From a virus (lineage: Duplodnaviria; Caudoviricetes), in the IMG/VR virus record IMGVR_UViG_3300017767_000015, positions 1 through 53,544 of that record: a stretch of 53,544 nucleotides of DNA; one strand, 5' to 3'. Both the position numbers and the translations under genes were made by a program. How positions within the stretch are numbered: the first letter of the stretch is position 1; each line of letters opens with the position of its first letter. Shown in pieces: positions 45,939-53,544 of this stretch. The notes below the pieces were generated by a model. That model searched no databases and was not told the DNA's origin. It saw nothing but the letters and a program-made list of their open reading frames with translations.

Positions 45939-47750
45939 TATATTCACCTTTTGTTGATTTAAGCCATTATGGGTATCCCTATTAAAGACTTCGGAAGATT
46001 CAGCCAATTTTACCCTTTCTACTCCATCTATCTTTGCGCCAGCGTATGCAGGTTTGTGAACAATAGCCAAATGGTCAAACTCAAAATCACTTTCAAATAC
46101 CATTATAGTCTTTCCATCTTCTGCCTCAATCATTTCATCGGGAATACCCGTTCCACCAATTGAGACACCATAGCCTTTTCTTAACCATAGTCCGGATTCA
46201 AGACTTTCAAACAATTCGCTTCTATACACATCTGCTTTAAAACGAACTTCCCATTCTCCGCCTGTCTTGTCAATTGTCTGTGCTTCTGTCACAATACCTA
46301 CTACGGCATCATTGACTCCGCCATCCATGTTTCTACGGAATCTACCATTTTCGGAAGGAGGGTGATTTAGTGTTAGGTCTGCACCTATCATTTGTGGAAC
46401 TGCTACATTAGCACCTGCTCTTGTAATTTCCCAACCGTTCTTATTGACCCCTTGATGGAATGCAATACCACTAATTCTAATGACTTCTTTACCCGTTGAG
46501 GCTTCAAGTATAGTTTCATCAACGGATATATCTAAATCAAGAACCCATGCTACTTTTACACACATACCATCTTTCTTTTCGTATCCTTCTTTACAAGAAC
46601 CACTATCAGTATGATATGATGCTTCTTCTTTGAAACTGTGTCCTTTGTGTGCTTCCATGCACTCTTCGCTTGAATATCCCATTTCTTGACAACGACTCAT
46701 GTATTCATCGTGTGTCTCATCGTCTTTTGGTGTAGGTTCTGCTGCTTCAACAGAATTACCACTACAACCACAACCGCAACCGCCCATGTCTGTTTCTAAG
46801 GTTTCGTCTGTCTTATTAAACTCGCTACTTGTATAATCTGTCACAGACTTTCCTCTTTCCCACATTTTACAAGACCAATAGCCAGCCGTTGTTTTATCTG
46901 TCTTGCTTGCACAATTATGTCTGTCACGGAATGCTTTTCGTCTCTTAGGGTCATCACGCTTGATTTCCATGTTAGGGTCGCCAAATCTAACGATAACTAC
47001 TTTACCACTTGCATTCTGCACATAGACTGCAAACTTCTTTTTCTCTTTGGGAGTTCTAAATGGTTTATTGAGTTTTACTTTACGACCTTTGTATTCTGCG
47101 CCTTGAAAGACCTCACTATCCCAATCTTCATAGTCTTCTCCTTCACTTGCGCCTCTTGGGTGTGATTTAGGCAATAAGTCATTGTCTTGCTTGTAGTTTG
47201 GGTTGCTTGGCCTTCCATTTCGCAAAAGATAAAGGAATGCTTTGACTCTTGCGATACCCCAACCTGTTCTTGACATATTGGGTGCATGACTACGGCTAAA
47301 AGCACCAGCACCACGACGGAAAACTGACTTGAGGCGACCCAATGAGGCTTTACTACCCTTTTTCTTTTTTGCGACCTTTGCATTGTGTTCCCTCATCATT
47401 GATTTTAATTTATTTTCTGTCTCTTTGCTCATGCTGATTGACTTATTAGGTTTGCTTGCAGAATCTTTTTTATTTTTCTTTGAGCCTTTTCTACGCTCGC
47501 TTGGTTTAGCAGGAGTCTTACGAGGGTCGTTTTTCCCCGGCTTTCCATATTGTAAAGCACTAAACTCCTGTTCTGCATCGGGGTCATTCTTGCGATACCA
47601 TGTGATAAACTCTTCTTCCGTTTTTGCAGGGGAATATAGTTTAGTTCCATCTGCTAATGTGGACTCATGTATCTCTCCGTCAAATCCTATTTCTTGCGAT
47701 TTCTTTCTTGCCCCTTCCGGAGTTCGGAATAGATAATCTTCCATAGCCAT
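45417..47750 (-). CDS. Prohead protease-scaffold fusion with several N-terminal accessory modules
   Basis: ISGIAFH.GVNKNG, LTLNH, VG.V, GVSIG, FDHLAIV.KPAY protease motifs; acidic coiled-coil C-terminus. Confidence 0.85.
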   Translation of the reverse strand: MAMEDYLFRTPEGARKKSQEIGFDGEIHESTLADGTKLYSPAKTEEEFITWYRKNDPDAEQEFSALQYGKPGKNDPRKTPAKPSERRKGSKKNKKDSASKPNKSISMSKETENKLKSMMREHNAKVAKKKKGSKASLGRLKSVFRRGAGAFSRSHAPNMSRTGWGIARVKAFLYLLRNGRPSNPNYKQDNDLLPKSHPRGASEGEDYEDWDSEVFQGAEYKGRKVKLNKPFRTPKEKKKFAVYVQNASGKVVIVRFGDPNMEIKRDDPKRRKAFRDRHNCASKTDKTTAGYWSCKMWERGKSVTDYTSSEFNKTDETLETDMGGCGCGCSGNSVEAAEPTPKDDETHDEYMSRCQEMGYSSEECMEAHKGHSFKEEASYHTDSGSCKEGYEKKDGMCVKVAWVLDLDISVDETILEASTGKEVIRISGIAFHQGVNKNGWEITRAGANVAVPQMIGADLTLNHPPSENGRFRRNMDGGVNDAVVGIVTEAQTIDKTGGEWEVRFKADVYRSELFESLESGLWLRKGYGVSIGGTGIPDEMIEAEDGKTIMVFESDFEFDHLAIVHKPAYAGAKIDGVERVKLAESSEVFNRDTHNGLNQQKVNIMSEEEIIEVEATEEVVETPVAEEEVVEPNHSAELEALKASLAEKEAELNAIKADEEAKAEEARLSLVEKATELGIAGVTDLPSETIQSIIASFEAKMPVAEEVVEMKPVIASESAPVESKVASTSVVSNWLNQRRLNTPEEIYEKAWNVWAKSWNQFESTHKAPLYAEIKEKI

Positions 47751-47756
47751 ATAGCA

Positions 47757-48191
47757 TCACTTTTTCTTTACAATGGGTCTTAATTCTGCTGCCATGTCAA
47801 GTTTAATCTTTTCAATTTCTTGTTCATGTAGTTGAGCAGAAGTTTTCATTTCATTCTCATGTTGTTGAGATGCTTTTTCTAAAGCAATTGTATGGTCATC
47901 CATAGCAGTTCTAAGTTCTCTTTGATGCTTTAGTTCAGTTGGAATATTATCAACCTCTTGAGTCTGTTCGGATTCCCACATACGGAGAACCGTTGAAAGA
48001 GCAGGGGCAGCGACACCACCGATAATGGCGATAAGTGCTATGAAACCATCTAAGTTTTCAAGAACTACATCGGGTTTCCATATACCCATACCTACTACTG
48101 CACCACAAGCAAGCAACCAAAGATAGATTGCTGGTTTAACTGTGCTTGATACCATTCTGTCATTAAAACTATTATTATTATTTTTTTTCAC
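47757..48191 (-). CDS. Two-TM plus coiled-coil membrane protein (holin-like candidate)
   Basis: AIYLWLLACGAVVGMGIW and FIALIAIIGGVAA; GTG start after GGTGA SD. Confidence 0.55.
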   Translation of the reverse strand: MKKNNNNSFNDRMVSSTVKPAIYLWLLACGAVVGMGIWKPDVVLENLDGFIALIAIIGGVAAPALSTVLRMWESEQTQEVDNIPTELKHQRELRTAMDDHTIALEKASQQHENEMKTSAQLHEQEIEKIKLDMAAELRPIVKKK

Positions 48192-48436
48192 ATCATCACC
48201 TGCCCGCCAAGAACTGCCGTAATTATTATTGAACCTACACCCATTAACCACTTAACGATAGATTTCCCTATATCGCTAATCATATCTTGAGTGCCTTTTT
48301 GAGTTTCCGCTAATACAGTAAATTGTTCATCTGTTCTAACTTGCGATTCAACAAGACTTGCTAACATTTCATCATGCTTGTCAAGTCTTCGTTCAATGCT
48401 ATCAAGCCTATGATTTTGCACCGCATCATTCGTCAT
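48188..48436 (-). CDS. Coiled-coil plus C-terminal TM protein (XhlA-like lysis candidate)
   Basis: RLDSIERRLDKHD heptads, then WLMGVGSIIITAVLG. Confidence 0.6.
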   Translation of the reverse strand: MTNDAVQNHRLDSIERRLDKHDEMLASLVESQVRTDEQFTVLAETQKGTQDMISDIGKSIVKWLMGVGSIIITAVLGGQVMM

Positions 48437-49817
48437 TTAAATCACTTGCCCCATCTTGAGAGTTCTCTCTTGGAAGTTCCCCTGTGTTTGCTTTACCACC
48501 TTGTTTTCTTACATCTCCTCCCTCTTCTTCGGGCTGACCTAATATCTCAAGTGCTTGATTAAGGGTCAGTATGCCGTTTGAATAACCGATATTTGCCCTT
48601 TGCATCTTATTGAGTCTTGTTTCTTCATCAATAGGCTCAAAAACTAACTTTGGTAGGTCTTTCATTTCATGTTGTATTTTTAGAAGTTCAAGGTGTTTTG
48701 AAAATACCTTCTTGACTGCTTGATTAAGAATACTTTGCATTCTTCGTATAGCCTGTGAAGACCATGTGCTTGCAGTATAGGTTGCAGCGAAGGTTGAGCC
48801 TCTTTCTTGACCTGCTGCTACTCTTGGAACTTGAAGGACTGCGGCTATGTCTGCATTGACATTATCAAGGAATGAGGTTGTGTCCGGTATAGCGGTTCTT
48901 TGGTCTATGTGTTGTATTGTCACATAGTCGGGGAATATCGGTGTTTGGTCTCCTCTTAGAGACTCAAGAGTATCAACGACTTGATTCATAATGAATGATA
49001 GTCTTTCTTGTTGCTCATTCGGGTCTTGTATGTGGTCTATTGCTGATTTGTCAATAGTAATGTATTGCTTTGTCATAGCATCCTCAAGAGCGATACGATT
49101 GTTCATACTGTTATATTTTGCTCGTATAGCCTGTTTTAGTGAAGTGAATCGTGATGCGCCCCATATACCGTATGTCATTTTAGTATCGCCATCTTCAAAC
49201 CAATTACTGCGATAGTCAGTCTTTATGTGTAGTATCTCTTTTACAGGAAACTCTTGCTCGGTCTGTTCTCCTTTACGCAAGATGTATCTTTCTGCTACTA
49301 TAATTGGATTATCTTCGTCGGCAGTTTCGTTATTTCCTCTTGAGTCCATAATGAATATCTGTTTTACAGGTAGGCTTTGTAGGTCTGTAAGACCCTTTCT
49401 TGATGTGCCTACATACTTATTTACATCATTTCCATAGACCATTAGGTTTCTCATGGAGTTAATTAGAAAATCATCAAAGTCAAGAGTCTCTTCTGTGAGT
49501 ATTCGTATTGCTTCTCTTATTTTCTTATTCTTTGCTGCCCTGTAATCAATCTTGTAGTTGTTAGCAGTTAGGCTAACGGCTCGTACTGCGCCGTTAAGTT
49601 CGGGGTCAAGTTTAAGCATCTCGTCGAATAACTCAAAATCATTATCAAAGTTAGTGTTATCTCTTAGTTTATTTGTTTCTTCAACAATATCCTGCATACC
49701 CGCAGTAAGCGCAAAAGGGCTTTGATGTTTGACAGGGTATGAATAAACAAGAGGCTTACTTGCTACTACCCCTTTTTTAGATTTTCCCCCGATTTGTCCT
49801 ATAAATGGAATCCTCAT
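48426..49817 (-). CDS. Portal protein (start moved to ATG 49817)
   Basis: DPEL.GAV, L.VYGN, EILHIK, G.WGAS, IAAVLQVP, GILTLNQA.E.LG; TTTAAG box about 30 nt upstream of MRIPF. Confidence 0.9.
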   Translation of the reverse strand: MRIPFIGQIGGKSKKGVVASKPLVYSYPVKHQSPFALTAGMQDIVEETNKLRDNTNFDNDFELFDEMLKLDPELNGAVRAVSLTANNYKIDYRAAKNKKIREAIRILTEETLDFDDFLINSMRNLMVYGNDVNKYVGTSRKGLTDLQSLPVKQIFIMDSRGNNETADEDNPIIVAERYILRKGEQTEQEFPVKEILHIKTDYRSNWFEDGDTKMTYGIWGASRFTSLKQAIRAKYNSMNNRIALEDAMTKQYITIDKSAIDHIQDPNEQQERLSFIMNQVVDTLESLRGDQTPIFPDYVTIQHIDQRTAIPDTTSFLDNVNADIAAVLQVPRVAAGQERGSTFAATYTASTWSSQAIRRMQSILNQAVKKVFSKHLELLKIQHEMKDLPKLVFEPIDEETRLNKMQRANIGYSNGILTLNQALEILGQPEEEGGDVRKQGGKANTGELPRENSQDGASDLNDE

Positions 49818-49920
49818 AACGGATGTTAGGATGTCTTTCTTTCTTAAATGTATGGTTGTGTTAGGTCTGTATTGGAAAGCATATATTAATGACTCATAAT
49901 TATTACTATGTATGCACCAC

Positions 49921-50070
49921 ATGGAGATTTTAGATTTGGGCGCACCTACTATTATTGCTCTTGCTATATTAGAAATCACCTTTTGGTGTGTTGTGGGTTA
50001 TCTATTCTTTCGGAGGCTTAGAAAAAATAAAAAAAGAAATAAACACTCTACTGAAAACAAATGGGTCTAA
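49921..50070 (+). CDS. 49-aa single-pass membrane peptide (not in ORF track)
   Basis: MEILDLGAPTIIALAILEITFWCVVGYLFFRRLRKNKKRNKHSTENKWV*; TATA-like sequence upstream. Confidence 0.55.
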   Translation: MEILDLGAPTIIALAILEITFWCVVGYLFFRRLRKNKKRNKHSTENKWV

Positions 50071-50210
50071 TTCTTTTTTCTTTCTTAAGAGTTAATATTT
50101 TATTATTATAATAATATAGGTTGGCATCTTTGACTACAACCTTTAAGAAATAATAAAGAATAAACAAAACAGGCTCTTAGTACAACGATTATTTTTTTCT
50201 TAATTCTTTC
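50019..50210. repeat. AT-rich imperfect palindromic element, copy B
   Basis: 50070-50096 is the exact reverse complement of 7109-7135 (27 nt); 50189-50210 of 6996-7017 (22 nt); inner perfect palindrome TATTATTATAATAATA at 50101-50116. Confidence 0.8.
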
Positions 50211-50261
50211 AGAAACATCAAAATAATTACATTTATATGGTATATGGTGTGTGCTATTAAC

Positions 50262-51497
50262 ATGAAGACGGCAGATAGACTCAAATTGATAAAAGACAAT
50301 CTCGGTGAATGGCAAGGTGTAGTAAGAGGATTTGCAGAAATTCTGCAAAGTAAGGCAGACAAAGAATTTACTCTTGAGTCATGGTGTCAGTTTATTAATA
50401 GAACAAAAAAGAAACATCCCGAATGGTTTAGTTATGATACCTTTAATTATTATGATATGATTCCTAAAGAGTGGGATGGTTCGGATGCCGAGTTAGCAAG
50501 AAGGCTTTGGAGACAAAATCCTTCTATAAGTGTAAATGCTTGGACACATAAGGTAAGACTACAAAGACAAAGAGGGGCAATCACCAAGAGCCATAAACCA
50601 CATTTCGTTGTTGAGCATCTAAAGAAAGCAGCATCGAATCCCGAAGATTTATGGGCTAACATAGAAAAGGTATGTAAAAAAGCAATAGAGGGTGTTGAAC
50701 ATGCTCGATGGGCTGATATACACATGAGAAACATTGATAATGATAAATTTATTGGTATTGCATTCCAAAGTGACCAACACATAGGTAATCCTTTCTGTGA
50801 CCTTGAAAAGTTAAGACTTGATACTGAAATGATTAACAGTAGCAAAAATGTCTTTGTTATACATGCGGGTGACTATATTGATAACTTTATGATTGATAAA
50901 CCACGACCTGCTATGAAAGCACCAATTCCCCCTTCTGTTCAATGGAAGTTATGTGAGCATTATATTGATATGACTCCGGAATGTCTAATGGCTATTGTTG
51001 CAGGTAATCACGACCTTTGGACTGCTGGTGCAACAGATTATGACCCTCTAAAGAGACTTGCAGAAGAAAGAGGCATTTTGTATCATGCACATGAATTAAA
51101 TCTTAGAGTATGGGTAAATGATATACCATACTGTATTTCTGTTAGGCATAAGCGAAGAGGTAACAGTCAGTTAGACCCAAGCCGTGTTATCAAAAAGATG
51201 TGGGATGACGGAGAAGCAGACTTTGATATTGGGGTAGTAGGGCATCACCATACTCCTTCCGTAGTTCCATTTACTAAACATGGTATTGAAAGATGGGCTA
51301 TAAGACCGGGCGCGTATAAAATTGTTGATTCGTTTAGTGAAATGTGCGGATTTTCAAGAGAAAGACCTACATCCCCTATGGTAATACTTAATCCTCATAC
51401 AAAAGAAGTACAGGCTTTCACAGATTTGCGACATGGTTTAAGGACACTCGCTGCATTAAATGGAGATGAGTATGATGAAAATTTGGGCATCGAATGA
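50262..51497 (+). CDS. Calcineurin-like metallophosphoesterase with N-terminal helical/HTH-like region
   Basis: SDQHIG, AGDYIDN, AGNHD, VRH, VGHHH; TTTATAT box about 30 nt upstream of ATG 50262. Confidence 0.88.
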   Translation: MKTADRLKLIKDNLGEWQGVVRGFAEILQSKADKEFTLESWCQFINRTKKKHPEWFSYDTFNYYDMIPKEWDGSDAELARRLWRQNPSISVNAWTHKVRLQRQRGAITKSHKPHFVVEHLKKAASNPEDLWANIEKVCKKAIEGVEHARWADIHMRNIDNDKFIGIAFQSDQHIGNPFCDLEKLRLDTEMINSSKNVFVIHAGDYIDNFMIDKPRPAMKAPIPPSVQWKLCEHYIDMTPECLMAIVAGNHDLWTAGATDYDPLKRLAEERGILYHAHELNLRVWVNDIPYCISVRHKRRGNSQLDPSRVIKKMWDDGEADFDIGVVGHHHTPSVVPFTKHGIERWAIRPGAYKIVDSFSEMCGFSRERPTSPMVILNPHTKEVQAFTDLRHGLRTLAALNGDEYDENLGIE

Positions 51498-51669
51498 TAG
51501 AGAACTACGCTTTACTGAAATAGAAGATAATTATGTTGCAGTAAATCTTTTTACAGACCAATTTATTGTAGGCGTTACTTTAAGTAGAAGAGAAATTGAA
51601 AGATTATGCGGTTGCCTTGCTGAATGGTGCGGTATTCCCCTATTCATAGATACTAAGGAAGAGGAATAA
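51460..51669 (+). CDS. Small hypothetical protein
   Basis: Lies between phosphoesterase and terminase; coupled. Confidence 0.65.
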   Translation: MEMSMMKIWASNDRELRFTEIEDNYVAVNLFTDQFIVGVTLSRREIERLCGCLAEWCGIPLFIDTKEEE

Positions 51670-51670
51670 T

Positions 51671-53188
51671 ATGAAAAGAATAATGACTGCTTTCCACATG
51701 GAGAGAAGTCGTTATGATATTAAACACTTCTATGAGTGGCTTGGCTACAAATGGGGCGACCATATAGGCGAATGGTTAAATCTCTATGGCGATAGACAAA
51801 ATAAACAAGTTCATCGTGTATGTGTTATTGCACCAAGAGACCACAGTAAATCTACTACTCTTCGTGTAAAAGTGCTACATCAATTGATATTTGAAAGATG
51901 GCGTGAAAAACCCTTTACAATATGGCTTTTTTCTGCTAACAAAGATTTGGCTATGAATCGTCTTGATGAAATAAGACAAGACATGAAGAGGCATCCGGAA
52001 CTTAGTAGGTTGATTGATGATAAAAAGGGTAATAGATTTGAACTTCGTCTAACAAATGGTGCATGGATTAAGGCAACATCGGTTGGTTCGGGTATTCGTG
52101 GTGAACACCCCGCAGCAATAGCACTTGATGATATACTTGACGACCAAAATGATATGTCCTATGAAATGTATCAACAATGGTTTAGAAAGAAACTTACTCC
52201 CATGTTATCGCCCGGAACTTCGATTTACTGTGTAGGAACTCCTATGTCAATGAATGACTTGTATCACACCGAGATGTTAGAGAATGAGGCTTGGGAATCT
52301 TGGCGTAAAGGCGCAATTATCAATTATGATGAGTGGAGAATAAATCCCGATGAGACAAAACCTATTTGTCTGTGGGAAAGTGAAAGGCCGTTTGAGTTTC
52401 TGTTAGAGCAGAAAAAGGCAATAGGTGAATTAGCATTTGCTCAAGAGTATCTATGTAAGGTTGTTGATGATGATTCAGCAGTATATCCACAGATAATCAC
52501 TCGTAAGAACTTAGATATGTCTTCCACATTACAGACTCATAAGATATATGATGGAGAGTATGTTATAGGTTTTGACCCTTCACATGGTATAGGTCAAGAC
52601 TATTCGGTAATGTGTATTTTGCGAAAGGATGAAGACGGTAATATTCATATCGCAAACCTATGGAGGCGTAATGACTTCCCTCCCGATAAACAAGTTGATG
52701 TTATACAAGAGTATGACAAGGCTTACGAGAGACCTAAGTTCGCTTTTGAGAGTGCAGGTTTTCAACATCTGTATAAAGCAATCATAAATCAAAGAGGAAT
52801 TACCTTAGATGTAAATATGTCAAAGGTATCAAACAGAACTCTCAAGCAGGGTCTATTGACAAGACTCCGTTCATGGTTTGAACAAGGCAAAATAATCATC
52901 CCATACGGCAACGATGAGACACGAAAATTGATGAATATTGTCCTCCAAGAGTTAGAATCGCATACTTGGAAAAGTGGCGTAATAGTGGACAAAGGCAAGC
53001 ACAATGACACCGTAATGGCACTTGCACACGCCATAGACCAATACAAAACAACAGAAAACTCCCCATTACCTGTCGCTTCGGCATCAGTAAATATGTCAAA
53101 TTGGGGAAAACCGACTACTTCTAACTCTAAATTTTCAAGGAATAGAGGGAATGCAAGAAGAAGTGGCAAATATAGGACTTTTTTCTAA
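51671..53188 (+). CDS. terL: Terminase large subunit
   Basis: APRDHSKST (Walker A), IRGEHP..IALDD (Walker B), VGTP, FAQEY, IGFDPS...DYS, HNDTVMALA nuclease motifs. Confidence 0.93.
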   Translation: MKRIMTAFHMERSRYDIKHFYEWLGYKWGDHIGEWLNLYGDRQNKQVHRVCVIAPRDHSKSTTLRVKVLHQLIFERWREKPFTIWLFSANKDLAMNRLDEIRQDMKRHPELSRLIDDKKGNRFELRLTNGAWIKATSVGSGIRGEHPAAIALDDILDDQNDMSYEMYQQWFRKKLTPMLSPGTSIYCVGTPMSMNDLYHTEMLENEAWESWRKGAIINYDEWRINPDETKPICLWESERPFEFLLEQKKAIGELAFAQEYLCKVVDDDSAVYPQIITRKNLDMSSTLQTHKIYDGEYVIGFDPSHGIGQDYSVMCILRKDEDGNIHIANLWRRNDFPPDKQVDVIQEYDKAYERPKFAFESAGFQHLYKAIINQRGITLDVNMSKVSNRTLKQGLLTRLRSWFEQGKIIIPYGNDETRKLMNIVLQELESHTWKSGVIVDKGKHNDTVMALAHAIDQYKTTENSPLPVASASVNMSNWGKPTTSNSKFSRNRGNARRSGKYRTFF

Positions 53189-53193
53189 GATTT

Positions 53194-53369
53194 TCAAAAA
53201 ATTATAAAAAATTTTTTTGAGGTGCTTGGCGACTCCTAACTCCGTTAGGAGTCGGATTTTTGGCGATTTTTTGAATCGCAACTAAAATTTTTAGGTTGCC
53301 CTAATCTAACCATTTTAGGCTCTCAGTCTATCGTTTTTCTATTGTTTTTCTGTTGGGGTTTTCCCAACA
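53194..53369. other. Cluster of inverted repeats downstream of terminase (terminator and/or packaging site)
   Basis: Perfect 11-bp stem CGACTCCTAAC-tcc-GTTAGGAGTCG at 53230-53254, plus four weaker palindromes. Confidence 0.55.
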
Positions 53370-53416
53370 AACAACTAATAACTACCGATTTTGACCGAAC
53401 TGACAAGGTAGTAAAT

Positions 53417-53544
53417 ATGAATAACCGAATAAAATGTATTGAATGGAACTGTGAAATAATGATTGAAATTGAAAGACCATGTGAAAACTATGGTGTTTTA
53501 CTTTCAATGGCTGATGATGGAAGTTTGAACCTTCTATGTTTGAA
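53417..53544 (+). CDS. Partial Cys-containing ORF running off the window end
   Basis: MNNRIKCIEWNCEIMIEIERPCENYGVLLSMADDGSLNLLCL..; AAGGT SD. Confidence 0.5.
   Translation, partial: MNNRIKCIEWNCEIMIEIERPCENYGVLLSMADDGSLNLLCL

Larger units (their letters stand above)
1..53544. mobile_element. Tailed archaeal virus genome (siphovirus-like Caudoviricetes; probable marine euryarchaeal host)
   Basis: Terminase, portal, prohead protease, capsid, tail tube, tape measure and an archaeal-type replisome; no cellular housekeeping genes and no integrase seen; archaeal promoter and SD signals. Confidence 0.92.

Noticed and set aside
25279-49437. Plus-strand ORFs across the morphogenesis module
   Set aside because: Antisense shadows of structural genes
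49818-49979. 54-codon N-terminal extension of the portal ORF in the track
   Set aside because: Overlaps the divergent promoter region and the plus-strand TM peptide; a TATA box supports the start at 49817
8030-53188. Inteins or introns in MCM, RFC, PolB or TerL
   Set aside because: Lengths are normal or short and no splicing motifs or interruptions were seen
1-53544. Stop-codon reassignment, or a recognisable base-substitution pathway (PurZ, 7-deazaguanine, hydroxymethylase)
   Set aside because: Genes are long and tightly packed under the standard code with TAA, TGA and TAG all used as stops; no such enzymes recognised

Overview
The window is a large part, possibly all, of the genome of a tailed dsDNA virus (Caudoviricetes, siphovirus-type: tail tube and tape measure present, no sheath seen) that most likely infects an archaeon. 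Evidence for an archaeal host: an archaeal-type replisome (MCM-like helicase, RFC-like clamp loader, PCNA-like clamp, RPA-like SSB, family B polymerase, fused PriS-PriL primase, ERCC4/XPF nuclease), TATA-box promoters with leaderless starts, GGTGA/GGAGG Shine-Dalgarno motifs and many Zn-finger microproteins. The AT-rich DNA and a proteome without strong acidic bias argue against a halovirus and fit a marine euryarchaeal virus such as a Poseidoniales 'magrovirus' (inference, no search run). Layout: small early genes (1-7 kb, +), replication/recombination module (7.2-25 kb, +), morphogenesis module (25.1-49.8 kb, -), then a metallophosphoesterase and terminase (50.2-53.2 kb, +). Strongest unexplained signals: (1) two inverted copies, 43 kb apart, of a ~190-bp AT-rich imperfect palindrome; (2) a 77-nt stem-loop RNA candidate with its own TATA box and an encoded 3' ACCA, whose loops are complementary to the SD/start-codon junctions of early genes; (3) a PolB with substitutions in all three catalytic motifs (AMYHS, KSLVASMYG, YGHTDS); (4) a shared C-terminal M/I-x(1-2)-W-I/L motif on PolB, an RFC-large-like protein, the DNA methyltransferase and a small Zn protein; (5) a PAC2-like gene coupled to an MCM lacking its N-terminal domain; (6) a multi-module prohead protease polyprotein; (7) a -1 frameshift in the tail chaperone. 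All product calls come from reading motifs by eye, not from database searches.
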